Below are positions 38,371 to 52,995 of a DNA stretch of 64,000 bases, piece by piece. Both the position numbers and the translations under genes were made by a program. Source of the DNA: Octopus bimaculoides (Eukaryota); NCBI RefSeq assembly GCF_001194135.2, contig NC_068982.1:147627593-147691592 (forward strand), in the 5' to 3' direction. The first letter of the stretch is position 1; the number at the start of each line of letters is the position of its first letter. Below the pieces are notes generated by a model. The model saw only the letters and a list, made by a program, of their open reading frames with translations. It was not told where the DNA came from and made no database searches.

Positions 38371-39476
38371 GGAATTACTTTACTCATAATGCATTTTATT
38401 ATGAAAATGTGGGAATGAGAAGTGTATATGATGAGAAAATATACATGTAATACCAAATTCAAAATAATAATTAACCACATTAACTTTTCTAACAATACTA
38501 ATGTAACTTCTAATTATAGTATCAAGAATTCTGAAGAATCTCCAATTACTATATCTAATAATGCATGTCTTAATTATCTCAAAAAAATTATACTTGAAAA
38601 GCAAATGCTGCGAATAGTAAACTCTCTATTAATAAATAAAAAAAATTCTTTTTCGATTAGTACGATAAATGGCGATTAATATGGCATATGATGCTTCTAA
38701 GTATAAAAATGAAACAATTTTCATCGAGTAGTGCTGCTAATAACAATAGCTATAATAATAATTATGATAATATTTAAAAGAATTTATCGATATGCTAATA
38801 ACACTAATATTTATAGAGTTATTAAGGACAAAATCAATGATGGGATAACGTTTATAGATTACAAAGTAATATGAATTTATTATCTAAAGTACATAAGATG
38901 CATGTAGTACTTCAACTAATAATAATATGACAATATTTGGTATGTGAAATACAGGTAAAACTATTACGAAGTATGGCTATTACCCTACAAGTAAGCACAC
39001 CTGTTGTATAAATGTATTTTCCAACTGCCAAATTCTATTGTATTTCTGCACCACACTTAACGTCTATTATACCGGTATCAAAACACCATATGCTAAAAGC
39101 TTAGGGTATTTGATGATGATGATGATGATGATAGTAGTAGTAGTAATGTATGTATGTATGTATGTATTGTATTGTATGTATGTCATTTAGATTCAAATTA
39201 CGATGAAAGTAAACAAACGAAATTTGCTTTAGAAGCGTTGAGATGTCTAAGAAAATTAAAGAAGTAATTTTTTTCTAAACTCTCAAACGCAAGATAATCC
39301 TTATAATGTAGCCTGAACAGGATAAACTACCCCTATTTTGCAGAAAGAAAGTGTTGGCCGCCAACACTGTTTTCTGCAAGACGGGGGAAGTTTATCCTGT
39401 TCAGGATATATTATAAACATTGTCCTACGTTTGAGACTATGTATGTATGCATGTATGTGTGCATGTATTTCTACAT

Positions 39477-39529
<53 letters not shown>

Positions 39530-39540
39530 TGTATGTATAT

Positions 39541-39694
39541 GATGAGCTTTCGATCTATCAAATCCATGCACAAGGTTTTGGACAGCCCCGAGCCATGGTA
39601 GAAGACACTTGCCCAAGGTGTCACGCCGCAGTTGGGCTTAACGGGTCACATGATTAGGAAGTACGCTTCCTAATCACACACTCACGCCTGCGCT
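39541..39694 (-). mobile_element. SINE family B (head plus body), diverged
   Basis: CAAATCCATGCACAAGGTTTTGG...TAGAAGACACTTGCCCAAGGTGTCACGC...CCTGCGCT is the reverse complement of family B. Confidence 0.8.
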
Positions 39695-40182
39695 TAATTA
39701 GAAAACGCCACATATTTCCAATTCTTGTACTTCATCCCATTTACATGTTCCTTAATGATTAACGAACTTAGAACAAACTTTATTATTTTCACTACTTCAC
39801 GAGTACTTAAAAACTATCTCAGCGGTCTCCTATATACCGCTCAGCATATTTTAAAATAAACCACTCCAAGCTAATCTGCCTCTTCTATTTTAACTAATAT
39901 ATTCAACAAGAGAAGCTGAATATTTGTTTTTATTTTTCCATTAGAGTATGATTGACAATGCGAATAAACTCATTTGTAACAATACCTTTACAGTACATTT
40001 TTACGCCGCCAAAATCTTTTTTAAAGGGCAAATTTCTGTTATTCTACAATTGCATACAAATACGTTATCTGGGGTCAGCTAAATTTCTACTTGAATTAGC
40101 ACTAATTGAAATCTTATTTCTCATATTCTTCATCGACTTTCTTTTATTATTTTTATTAATATAATTGAAATGAAAATAAAGA

Positions 40183-40505
40183 TTCGTTCGACAAAACCCT
40201 TCACGTCGGTGCACCAGTATGGCCGCTGTCCAAAGACTGAAAGGCAAGAAAGATATATACACATACATACACACATATATATGTATATATATATATATAT
40301 ACCTATATATGTATATCCAACGTTTGACATTTGGTATTTGTTTACGTCCCTGTAACTTGGTGGTTCGGCAAAATAGAACGCTAGAATAACAACCAGACTT
40401 TAAAAAATAAGTAATGAGGGAGATTTATTCGCCTAAACCATTTAAGGTGTTGCCCCAGCATGGCCGCAGACCAATGACTGAAGCACCTAAACATTGACAG
40501 ATAAA
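40183..40505 (+). mobile_element. Two SINE 3' segment C remnants separated by a TA/CA run
   Basis: 40183-40250 (CGACAAAACCCTTCACGTCGGTGCACCAGTATGGCCGC) and 40320-40505 (TTTACGTCCCTGTAACTTGGTGGTTCGGCAAAA...CCCCAGCATGGCCGCAGACCAATGACTGAA). Confidence 0.7.
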
Positions 40506-40918
40506 GGATTATAACAAACGAAAAGTCTTACTAATCAAGATATGAAAAAAAAAAACAGATAAAACTTAGATATGAGCAGTTCTAATAAAAAAAATTCGTA
40601 TATAGAATATCTTTTGGTATACGATAATTTGCTTAAGTCACAATTTTATATTCTCTCTGTATAATTAATCCTTGAGCTTATCTTGTATCATTTGAAATAT
40701 TCATTTTAATTAATTATTTCAGTCTAACCTTTTAAAGTTTTAAAGCTATTATTTCATTTTCATTTATTTAAGAATTTCTTAAATTTATTGAGGCTATATT
40801 TATCTATATCAGAATNNNNNNNNNNNNNNNNNNNNNNNNNNNNNNNNNNNNNNNNNNNNNNNNNNNNNNNNNNNNNNNNNNNNNNNNNNNNNNNNNNNNN
40901 NNNNNNNNNNNNNNNNNN

Positions 40919-40962
<44 letters not shown>

Positions 40963-42279
40963 TTTGTGTTTGTATGCATGTCTGTGTCTATCTGTGAATC
41001 TATAATCATTTCACTATATGGATACATGTAACATAGTTCTAACACTCCAAATCATTTAAAAATGTTTAGCTCCACTATGACATTTTCTTTATTGAATTTT
41101 CTTTAACTGGTCATAAAAAAATGTTGCTCTATGTCTCTATTTCCTTTTTTTCAAAGTGTCCTCTTTTACTTTATTACAGCTATTATTTTCTTTCACTCTC
41201 CCCCTCTCTTTCGTCCCTTCTCTCTCTCTATCTCTATATACATATGTATATATTTGTGGGTAAGTATACATACACATATACATACACACACACGCAAATA
41301 CACACATATATATAAACATACTTACACATATATAGGTGTATCTGTATATACTTATTGTTTTATGTATAATGTATCTGTGTATATGTTTATGACCGACTAT
41401 GTGTGCGTATGTATAAATATCGATTAATATGTGTGAATACAAACAGTTATACACATAACTATATGTGTGTGTGTATGTATGTATGTATGTATAGCTTTTT
41501 CTATGTGTTTTATAATAGCAGCATTGTTACGATTTTCGTATTGCAAACTTAGTTCGCGATGAAATGTTTTTATGCATCTCAAATTATGTATGCACATGTA
41601 AGTTATATACATTAATTAGTACTAACTTCATAATAATCAATACAATATGTTGACGCTTGTACTTATGCCGTTGAAACAGCTGTAGAGCTTAATAATGAAG
41701 CTTTGATCTATTATTCTCCCAAACGTCCTTTTAGCCCATTTCAACTGTTTCCCTACTCTTTCCTGTTATAGAAGTTGCAATGACGTATCACCAATCTGCC
41801 ATCCAAAGATAGGATCAAGCATTATCGTTCTTTATGAATTCAGTAACAGGGACTTAAAAATATAATCCTACTCACCGAAACTTCTTGGAAACCGTGGCTA
41901 TAATCACCCGCATAGTAGGCCATCGAGTTCTGGAAAAAATATACCAATGGTTAGACAGTGGGAATGAGCAACAAGCATTATATATGTGTGTGTGTACACA
42001 CACACACACACACATACACAGAGGCACAAACACACACAAAAACAGCGGCACAAACACACACAGAGTCAAACAGACAAACGTTTATGTATGCACATACAGA
42101 CGGAGGAGAGCCTAAACACAATACATTTCATTTATTTTCCACAAGGGCGAAGGATGAGAGGGACAATACAGAGACAGACATAAAGTGTGGGTGTTTACAT
42201 ATAATAATAAAATTATTAAATAAAATGTATGCACGATATACACTGGAAAAGAAGGGAGATAAGCATAGCATACAAAGGT

Positions 42280-42487
42280 AAAAGAAAAAGGCGGGGATGA
42301 TAGGGGTGTGCCCCCCCCCCTGATACAGGAAGGCCTCTAAGGATGATCGAGGAGCCCCTACTGTCCAAGATTTCCCTGAAACCCTACGAGTTATGATCCT
42401 CTCCAATTTCTTCTCTCCGACTCATCGTTCTACACTTAGAGAGGTACCATCCACTCTTGCCATTTTCGCAACTTTCACCCACCTTTC
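42280..42487 (-). mobile_element. Possible L1/Tx1-type LINE extreme 3' end
   Basis: Minus strand reads FERWVKVAKMARVDGTSLSVER* followed by a UTR-like G/C-run segment. Similarity to Tx1-type C-termini is from recall only. Confidence 0.3.
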
Positions 42488-42549
42488 AAATAATAATAAC
42501 AACAAAAACAACAACAATAATAACAGTAAAAATAATAATAATAATAATA

Positions 42550-42735
42550 ATTCCAAATTTTGGCACACAACCAGCGATTTCGGGGGAGGTGGTAACACGA
42601 TTACATCGATCTCAATGCTCAAATGGTACATATTTTATTGAACCCGAAAGGATAAAATGCTAAGACGACGTCGGATGAATTTGAACTCAGAACGTAAACG
42701 GACGAAATGCCACTAAGCAGTTACAATTCTGTCCT
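42550..42735 (-). mobile_element. SINE family A, tail type 2 variant with (ATT)n tail; a second decayed copy at ~42760-42900
   Basis: TTTGAACTCAGAACGTAAACGGACGAAATGCCACTAAGCA is the reverse complement of the family A head. The tail CCTCCCCCGAAATCGCTGGTTGTGTGCCAAAATTTGGAA runs into (ATT)n. Confidence 0.75.
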
Positions 42736-43086
42736 CTCGAATTGGTCTTAATACAGGTGCAAGGTAAGAAATAAAAGAGATTCAATTACCGCGAACCTAA
42801 TACTTGTCTGTTACTTTATTTTAATAACACTGAAAAGTTTTAAAGGCAAAGTTGATCTCGGCAAAATCTGAACTTAGATTGTGAAGAACCAGAACAATTA
42901 CCGATGTACATACGACAATGTTAATAATAAAAAAATCTTTAAAATATACAGAACAGTTATTATTGCTCTTTTTAAACATGCACACATACATTCACATAAT
43001 GTTGTGGTGCTTCCGCTTATATGCATCTCTCGGTTTTCTCCCTTAAAATTGCAAGTATTCTGAGCAAAAGCCTTGCTCACTCTCAT

Positions 43087-43119
<33 letters not shown>

Positions 43120-43264
43120 TTACATAAATATATATATATATACATATACACACAGACACACATATATATGTATGTATATACTCATACCCCCCCCCCATAT
43201 ATATATATATATATATATATATAACACTACATACGCACGCATACACATATGTAGTTAGAAAGAC

Positions 43265-43295
<31 letters not shown>

Positions 43296-44719
43296 GAGAG
43301 AAAGAGAGAAAGAGAAAGATAGACATACAGACAGACAGATGAGAGGTATGGACGATATACCGTAAATAGGAGAAAAATAGAAATAAACATACAAAAATTC
43401 CTAACGAGGCATTTTAGACCGACCCCTAACATTGTACGAAAAATAAGGTGAGTGACAGCATAGAGAAGCAAGCTCCCTCTCATCAGAAAGGTATCGGTGC
43501 AACAAAATCTCCACTGGTTTGTGCATGTCGAAAGCAGAAACTGGGCTACAGGCAGTTACCTTGTAGTACGAGAAACTGGAGATGATTTTGGTACAGATGC
43601 AAGGATGTGGTTAAAGGTGATAGGAATAAGTTTTTGATCGTTAACTAACTGATGGAATGTAATGGATGAGCGTAGAATCAATTTAGTTTTGATACTACAT
43701 ACGGGGGTTTATTATGGACTAATCATCGTCGACAATTGACGGAGTTTCTATGTTTTTATACGTGCATGTTGTGTGTGCGTTTGTTTGTGTGTGCGCGCTC
43801 GTACAGGTTTGTGCGTGTCACAGGTGAAATCTAGGAGTTGGAGTTAAGAAAGCGATAAAATATAGGAGTGGTGAACGATATATAGATGGGTCATACAAGT
43901 ACTTACTCATAGACTTATGGTATTATATTGACAAGTATAAACGTATGTGTGTGTGCGCGTGTGAGTGTGTCTGTAAGTATATACATATTTGTGTGCATAT
44001 AGGCATACGATGTGAAATGAGTTTATATTGCTTAGTCTAACGTTACATACATTGAGGGCTACGTTCTGTCTGGTCATTTTCCTTGCATATCAGTTTGGCT
44101 GTTTTATGATGTTCAACATCCCTATGCTGTTAGTAACTTGTTGTGAAACATCGTAAAACCGTACCCAGTGAAATAATAAAATACTTCAACACCTTAAGGG
44201 GCACCTTACAATACAGCAGTGTCAGGGAAATGACAGAACTTTCATATGTTTACTGAAATTTCTAGAAATATAGATAACATTTCGTTTTGGTTATATTCCT
44301 ACTTCTCGCATCGCGCCTTTTATCTTAGACCACATAATCCAATGTGTCCATTTTAAAGATAAGAGCTTTACATTTGGCGCAGATGTGGTTGATATTTCTA
44401 GCAAATCAAATAACTGCTTAGAGGCTTACTTTTTTTTATAGAAATGGATAGTATATTTTGGATAGTATATTTTGTAGACTGGCGTAGTGAATATAAAGCA
44501 ATGTTTTGTGCTCAAATCAAAATTAACATTGCACATCAATATCACTTGACAGCTCTCTTTAAGGGGCCAGACTACACGTACAGTTCGAGATACAAAATGC
44601 AAAGGAACAAAAAGATTCGGCGGTGCCATCTGACACAACGCCAGCCTGAATAACAAATTTCTAGCCATATGATTTATGTATGCATCAGTGTACATTAATG
44701 CATACATACGCGTATGCAA

Positions 44720-45111
44720 TGCAGCGAATATTATATATATATATATATATACATACATACATATATACATACATATATATACATATACATACATATACAT
44801 ACATATACATATAAATATATACATATACATATATATATATATATATATACATATATACATACATATATACACATATATACATACATATATACACATATAT
44901 ACATACATATATACATACATATATACATACATATATACATACATATATACATACATATATACATACATACATACATATATATACATACATACATATATAT
45001 ACATATATACATATATATACATATATATATATATATACATACATATACATATATATATACATATATATACATACATATATATATATATATACATACATAT
45101 ATATATATACA

Positions 45112-45152
<41 letters not shown>

Positions 45153-45245
45153 ACGTATATATATACATATATATATACATATATATATACATATATATAT
45201 ATATAATTATATATATATGTATGTATATATGATATGTATGTATGT
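44720..45245. repeat. Compound (TATA/TACA)n microsatellite, ~0.5 kb
   Basis: Directly visible. Confidence 0.95.
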
Positions 45246-46165
45246 ATGTGTGTATAGAAACGCACACAACCATTCATACATCAATATATATATAAAATTA
45301 TGAATCAGTCAATTAAGATAATATATTGTTGCTTAGAATTTTGTAACTAGTTAAAAGTTAAATAGACTATACGATAAATTAAATGGAAATCTCAAAAATA
45401 AGGCACGTTTGGAAAGTAATATTCCGGTTAATTATACAGGATAATATCTTAAAGGTAATAATTTCTCACATATAAATATGAGTGTGGCTGAGTGTTTGTG
45501 GGTGTGTGTACGTGTGACCAATTTTCCTTGGGGAGATAACGAAATATATGATGTAAGAGTATAAAAAATCATATAACAGCATAAAATTGGAAAGTGCGGT
45601 AGAACTCGAAAACACGAAAATAGGAAAAGAAATACGTTGAAATTACGAAGTGTGTACACTTATAAAGAATAAAGTTTGATTAGAAACGTCATTAAATTTG
45701 TAAAAGTAGAGTAACAATATAGAGGTAAGCAGGAAGAGGTTTATGAAGAAAAACATGTATAATAATTATGCGTTGGTGCGTGTATCATTTATTTCAGAAG
45801 GTACTCCTCAAAATGTCAATATTTAATCGAAATCTCAGTTAATTTAAAAATTCTTATGGCTTTATAGCACCAAAGATGGCCTATCATTAATCGACTATGT
45901 TATATCATATGTTTTAAACTACACCTTTATTGAGTGTATTAATTTTTGTTTGTAAACATGTTTACTTTATAGAAAGAAGTAAAGAAATATATACATATAT
46001 AGAGACATATACAGACGTATACATATATCACTATTTAGTTTGATTTCATTATTGCAACTTATACGACTCCATGCCAGTGCGAACTCGCCATGCGGATAGC
46101 CTGTGGTGTAGTTTGTTATATTTGACTCGAGTCGAAAATTCTGGTACCGTGCTTCGCTTCTCCGA

Positions 46166-46243
<78 letters not shown>

Positions 46244-46252
46244 GTGTGTGTG

Positions 46253-47035
46253 TCTTCTATTTTTCGATTATTATAAATCTTCCACTGAGGAAGGAGCCGG
46301 TTTCCAACAAAGATACAAGGCTCTATCTTCAGGATGAAGTTAACAGACAAATTCACATTTGGAACTTTGGAAAAGTCTTGCATATTTTTACTGTTCCACT
46401 CACAGATTGGACTTGTTATGTACGAATCAGCCGGTCATTTTCTCTTTCTTAAAATCTCAGTTTCTCCAGATTCTCCTTTCAGCATTTACTAACAAAACCT
46501 AATTATTATTCGTATGAATATGAGTTCATTGTCTGGATATAGAAGCTGGAGGTTTAGAAGCAGTTGTCCATAGATATCCTCTTTTTCTTTGATTTTCAAA
46601 GAGATATTTATATCTGTAGGGCAGCTAACCTCTATGATAGTTACCTTTTCCCCTCTGTCCCAAACAGGCCTGTTATGCTTACATTTGACAGAAGCTTTGA
46701 TGGGAATATTCCATCAGTATTCCTTCAGTTGGTGTGTATGAATGTATTCCATAACAGAGGGATTTTCTAAGTCTATTTCAGGACAGTCTTTTTTGCGGAT
46801 GGCATTGTAAATTGTTTTAGTAACAACATCGTTCTGCATAGGGAAGTAGTACCGTGACGACATTTTAGGACAGCTGCTAATCAAATGCGTAATGTCTTCC
46901 ACACACACGTGACATAGCCTACACATGCAGTTGCACCTTGAGATTACAAGAGCATCACTGTCTCTCTCTTGTTCACCAGGTACTTTGTGGCAATCTCCTG
47001 TTCCTGGATTGCAAACGCATAGCCTTCAAATGTAG
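46253..47035 (-). mobile_element. R4-like RLE LINE 3' portion (CATA-associated lineage): CCHC knuckle, endonuclease and 3' UTR
   Basis: FEGYAFAIQEQEIATKYL; CRLCHVCVEDITHLISSC (CCHC); EY*WNIPIKASVKCKHNRP; IIEVSCPTDINISLKIKEKEDIYGQL; KENLEKLRF*ERENDRLIRT*QVQSVSGTVKICKTFPKFQM*. The UTR ends AAAAATAGAAGA. Confidence 0.9.
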
Positions 47036-47892
47036 TAGTATGTATGTATGCATGTATGTATGTATAGTGTGTTTGAAGTTGTGTACAGATATTGTATATT
47101 GAGAAAAAGGAACGAAAACGCTAATAAAAAAATTATCCAAAATTTTGACTGCTTCCTTTTTGTCAATATATATATNNNNNNNNNNNNNNNNNNNNNNNNN
47201 NNNNNNNNNNNNNNNNNNNNNNNNNNNNNNNNNNNNNNNNNNNNNNNNNNNNNNNNNNNNNNNNNNNNNNNNNNNNNNNNNNNNNNNNNNNNNNNNNNNN
47301 NNNNNNNNNNNNNNNNNNNNNNNNNNNNNNNNNNNNNNNNNNNNNNNNNNNNNNNNNNNNNNNNNNNNNNNNNNNNNNNNNNNNNNNNNNNNNNNNNNNN
47401 NNNNNNNNNNNNNNNNNNNNNNNNNNNNNNNNNNNNNNNNNNNNNNNNNNNNNNNNNNNNNNNNNNNNNNNNNNNNNNNNNNNNNNNNNNNNNNNNNNNN
47501 NNNNNNNNNNNNNNNNNNNNNNNNNNNNNNNNNNNNNNNNNNNNNNNNNNNNNNNNNNNNNNNNNNNNNNNNNNNNNNNNNNNNNNNNNNNNNNNNNNNN
47601 NNNNNNNNNNNNNNNNNNNNNNNNNNNNNNNNNNNNNNNNNNNNNNNNNNNNNNNNNNNNNNNNNNNNNNNNNNNNNNNNNNNNNNNNNNNNNNNNNNNN
47701 NNNNNNNNNNNNNNNNNNNNNNNNNNNNNNNNNNNNNNNNNNNNNNNNNNNNNNNNNNNNNNNNNNNNNNNNNNNNNNNNNNNNNNNNNNNNNNNNNNNN
47801 NNNNNNNNNNNNNNNNNNNNNNNNNNNNNNNNNNNNNNNNNNNNNNNNNNNNNNNNNNNNNNNNNNNNNNNNNNNNNNNNNNNNNNNNNNNN

Positions 47893-47949
<57 letters not shown>

Positions 47950-48097
47950 AGCGGAGTCTCGACCGGTGAGTTCGTATCGGCATCGTGTCGTGTTGTAATA
48001 ATGAAGTCAAACCAAATAGTGATATTTTTAAATCATTTCATACATACATTTCAGTCAACTTTGCGTAATATATAATAGGAGATGTATGTACATGTAT

Positions 48098-48620
48098 GAT
48101 TCACTTAAAGAATTATAGGCATGACTGATCTCGATTATTGGGACCGCCTTAAAGCATTGATACTTTGTTCTCTCCAGCGCTGCCGTGTGTGATACGTCAT
48201 TTGAACGATGTGGAGAATATACCACCAGCATTGCCCAAACGACCTCAACATCAGCTTCAAAATTTATCCAAGGCTAGGACCACGAGCATACGTCCCCTAC
48301 CCAATTCAGGATCACAACACATAAATACACTACAACACAATTTCTTTTCCTCGACAGGTCCTGCTCTATTTAACATTGTCCCAAAACAGATCAAAGATGA
48401 AAAATATCTCATCACCTTTAAACGGAATCTGGACAAATTTCTTCAAGGAATATCAAAGAAGCCACCTATACCTGGACACAACTCACTCAACAAGGACTCC
48501 CTACTCGAATGGACCATGATACCACAAAACTGAACTTTGAAAGGTTTTAGCAAATCCTATCAGGTGGTGCAATTAGGTTAGACATGGCCTGGACCAATGT
48601 TTGGTCGAAACATTATTAAG
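48098..48620 (+). mobile_element. CR1-group LINE 3' end (ORF2 C-terminus and UTR)
   Basis: IIGMTDLDYWDRLKALILCSLQRCR (LSYxERLxxLxLxSLxRRR motif), then TLQHNFFSSTGPALFNIVPKQIKDEKYLITFKRNLDKFLQGISKKPPIPGHNSLNKDSLLEW. Terminal stem-loop GACCA-ATGTT-TGGTC. Confidence 0.88.
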
Positions 48621-48643
48621 CTATCTATGCATACAGACACAAG

Positions 48644-48679
<36 letters not shown>

Positions 48680-48800
48680 GAACTGCTATGTTAAGAAGAC
48701 TTAAACACACCAGCACCGCTTGTCAAACACAAATAAAACTACACACACACTCGTATATAATATGTATGTGTATGAGTGCGTGTACGTATGCATGTACGTG

Positions 48801-48921
48801 TACGACGGGCTTGTTTCAGTTTCCGGCAACTAAATTTACAAAGCCTTGGTTGGCCCAAGGCTATTGCAGAAAGCACTTGTGGCTATGAAGTAAACTTCTT
48901 ACCACACAGCCATGCCTGTGC
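48801..48921 (-). mobile_element. SINE family B with internal deletion
   Basis: TACGACGGGCTTGTTTCAGTTTCCG...TTGGCCCAAGGCTATTGCAGAA...CTTCTTACCACACAGCCATGCCTGTGC. Confidence 0.75.
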
Positions 48922-50842
48922 ATATATATTTATATACATACATGTACATACATAAATATATAGGGAACCGCTATGAGTTAGCCTTGTTGGTGAGGGTGCT
49001 TTACAGACTATTTTTCTAACACATTCAGGAATTCCTATGAAAAGATTAAAATATCATTGAAAACAATATAAAATTAGACACCATTTATGCATTCAGTACA
49101 CCATTATAATATATGAGTGTGTTTGTGAGAGCGAGAGTGCGTGATGGTTCGTACATTTGTGTGTACGTAGTCGTGTACTCAATATGCAATTATATATGTA
49201 TATAGGGTATATATGTGTATTTGTTTGTCTGTGTGCACACCCTCATAAAACGCAAATATAAATGGAGGTGAGAGACAGAGGTGTAGAGAAAGGAGGATAA
49301 GAATTAGAGAGAAAGAGGGAGAGAGAGAGGGTGAGAGAACATATTTGTGTTTGGCGTTTATCGACACCCCAGCTACTTCAAACTGTCTAAAAGAACTTTC
49401 AATAGAAAATATTTTATATTTAACATAAAATGAAATACAAATATTCACGCAATAGATGTTAGAAGAATACAAATATAAAATCACCGCCAACAAATGGAAA
49501 AGAGAGATAGAAAGACAGAGAGCGGGGAGAGAGAAGGAGAAAAAGAAAGTGTTGAGAGAGGGAGTGGGTGAGTGAATGAGATGTTACACGTTACATATAG
49601 GTCGATTTTCTTCCCTCTGGCTCTCACACAAATAGCAATATGATGCTGTGAATCAACCTCAATTGACGATTTCCCATCACATCAGTTACATACGCTCACA
49701 CAGACATATGCACACATCAACCCACGCCATAAATAAATAAATAAAATAGGAATTGCTTTATAATCTCTTAAAATAATACAAAGTTAATAACAGCTGTAGA
49801 TTTTAACGAAAATATCTAAAATAACAATTATTGCAGAATTATTTTTAACTAACGATAACTATAATTGACACATTCTATCTTTTTTCTCACTTCTAATATA
49901 TTTTTACTCTCTTTTTATTTGTTATAGTAAATAAACTAAAGAAAATAACTTGTAAATAAATAGTTTATTAGCTTCGTATAAAGATATCATATATTATAGT
50001 ATCTCAAAACCAGTAAAATGTATTTATTTGTGCCCCCAGTATAATATATATGGGAATATTTTCTACATAAAATATTTTTAAAAAATAGAAGATATTAATT
50101 CAATAAAAAATATCATAAAAAATGATTCAAAAACATAAGATGAGAAAAAAGATAATTCCGAAAAAAAAATTAAAGAAAGAAAGCAGTGTTCTTCTCAATA
50201 TAATAAATATTGAATTCTAGCATTGGCAAAACACCCAAAATTTGGTAAAAGATAAAATGGAAGAAATTCGATATTAGTACATCACTTAAATTCGCATCTA
50301 AATTATTCTGCTTTTTACCTGACTTGAAAAGGGGTGCATAGACCTGGTTAACAAACGAAAGTAGATATATGCACGCTCAAAATGAATGAACATATAAGGA
50401 TTTGTAGATATTGAATATATATATATATATTTCACAAGAAAGTCTGAAACATGAAGATGATTCCATAGTGATTCGAAACCTAAACGCGGAAATTCGTAGC
50501 GAAGAACATAAAAATGTATACGTATAACAAGATAAATATATTTGTTACCCATTGGTCTTTTCGTATGCGTGTGCGCATGTGGCAGGGTTCATATGGATAC
50601 AAATATATAGGTGCATTTATACACATACACACATGTATATACGCATGCATCTGTATAATATACATTATATACAAGCGGATACATGCATGTATAAGTCTAA
50701 TTCTTCAAATATGGGAGAAAGTAAATGAGAAAACGAATGGAGAGAGGGAGAGAAAGAGAGACAGAGAAAAGAACGATAGCGATGAATTCATATATAATAT
50801 AAGGCATCCTTGTTAATAAATATATAGTTATATAAATGTAAG

Positions 50843-50895
<53 letters not shown>

Positions 50896-50905
50896 NNNNN
50901 NNNNN

Positions 50906-50954
<49 letters not shown>

Positions 50955-51295
50955 TATATATATGTAAGTATATAGCTATTTCTACTTCCGATAACTACAT
51001 CGGAACGTCAATTATTATGAAATATACAATAACTATAAAACTGCTAGATTAAAACGACACCATATAGCCACACACACACACACATGTATGTTCATATATG
51101 TATTTATTTATGTATGCATGTATGTATGCATAATCATGAATTCAAGAAATAAATCAATAAGATGAACACTTTAAATAGCATATATATATATATACACACA
51201 CAGATACAAAGTAAGTAAACAAAATCGTACGCACTCACATTATCACTCATATGCACAAGGCTTACTTAGATTCACACATTTATACACACACATAC

Positions 51296-51350
<55 letters not shown>

Positions 51351-51608
51351 NNNNNNNNNNNNNNNNNNNNNNNNNNNNNNNNNNNNNNNNNNNNNNNNNN
51401 NNNNNNNNNNNNNNNNNNNNNNNNNNNNNNNNNNNNNNNNNNNNNNNNNNNNNNNNNNNNNNNNNNNNNNNNNNNNNNNNNNNNNNNNNNNNNNNNNNNN
51501 NNNNNNNNNNNNNNNNNNNNNNNNNNNNNNNNNNNNNNNNNNNNNNNNNNNNNNNNNNNNNNNNNNNNNNNNNNNNNNNNNNNNNNNNNNNNNNGCCCAC
51601 CGTGTGTG

Positions 51609-51644
<36 letters not shown>

Positions 51645-51647
<3 letters not shown>

Positions 51648-51750
51648 CTGTGTTCAGCAAAAGCGACCGATAGATTAAGTACATGGCTTACGAACAGTAA
51701 GTCCAGAGGTTCAGAGGTCGATTTCTTCGACTGAAAGCCGTTGAATAAAA
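51645..51750 (+). mobile_element. SINE 3' segment C, partial
   Basis: TTCAGCAAAAGCGACCGATAGATTAAGTAC...GGTCGATTTCTTCGACTGAA, preceded by (TA)n(TG)n. Confidence 0.65.
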
Positions 51751-52949
51751 GAAAACACACATATATATTTAACCATCTTTCCTCTTTTCTATCTTTGCTT
51801 TTATCTGTCAGTGTATCCATATATGTATTTTGTATGCAGCTATGTACGTGAGTGTGTGTCTGTGTGTACATATGTATGTGTTTATGTTTCACCCGTGAAC
51901 TTGTGAACATTTTGTGTTTCACGCTCTATATCACCTTAACTCCAACGGTGACACACACACACAAATCGCACTTTGAATAAACGAATGAATCACGTATTGA
52001 CTACTACTTGATTTCTCTTTTCGTTAACGTATCCGTGTATATGTTTGTGTTTATATACATACATAAATGCATTCATACACACACACATATGTGTGTGTGT
52101 GTGTGTGTGTGTGTGTTTATATACATACATAAATGTATACATAAACGCAAAAATGCACACACACACACACACATGCATGTAAGCATGTATGTGTGTTTAG
52201 AAAATAATGTCTAGGAAATTAATGAATAAACAGCACAGCTAAGGTGAATCAATATAACAATATTAATTTATTATTATTATTATTATCATTATTATTATTA
52301 TCATTATTGTTATTGTTATTATTATTATTAGTAGTAGTAGTTCTTTTATTTCCCCCACTTATTTATATATATCTCGTTGTCTATTCCCTTACTCCCACCC
52401 CGTTATTTGTGTCATGCTGGCTGACCACTATTTCCTTCCTAACACAACAACATTGCATAAATGATGAGGCGGTGTTTGACTCATCGTTGCAACTACTATT
52501 GACATGGTTGGATCAGCTCTGCAGTCTCTAAGTGTGACTGATGTTTTTGTATTTAAAGCATTTCAATAGGTCAATGTCGTCGTTAAAACTGTATGTAGCC
52601 CAATAGAATTTCAGAATCGCAGGCCTGATATCGTAGACGATTTATTTGAGAAGGAAAGGAATTTGAGGAAGGGGGAGTTATATGATTGCTTTGTTTTGAG
52701 TCATGCATATAGGCATGCTACCTTTGCAGTTGTTTCGGATAACAGCTAAGAGGAATGTGTATGTGTGTATAAAAATATATACACACACATGTGTGTGTGT
52801 GTATACATAATGAGTTATATGTGTGTATATTCATTCCAATCTGAACATCCTTCGTCTTTCATGTGCAAACGCTCAAGTAATAGGAAAGAAAACGGTGAAT
52901 ATTCTGGTTTAATTGGTGTAACAAGAAACTGTGAGCATCATAGCGAAAA

Positions 52950-52995
<46 letters not shown>

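Noticed and set aside
46285-46335. CTGAAGA...GAAAC in the RLE-LINE 3' UTR as a hammerhead
   Set aside because: No valid stem II closure, stem III or stem I. An alternative GAGCC/GGCTC stem explains the motif better.
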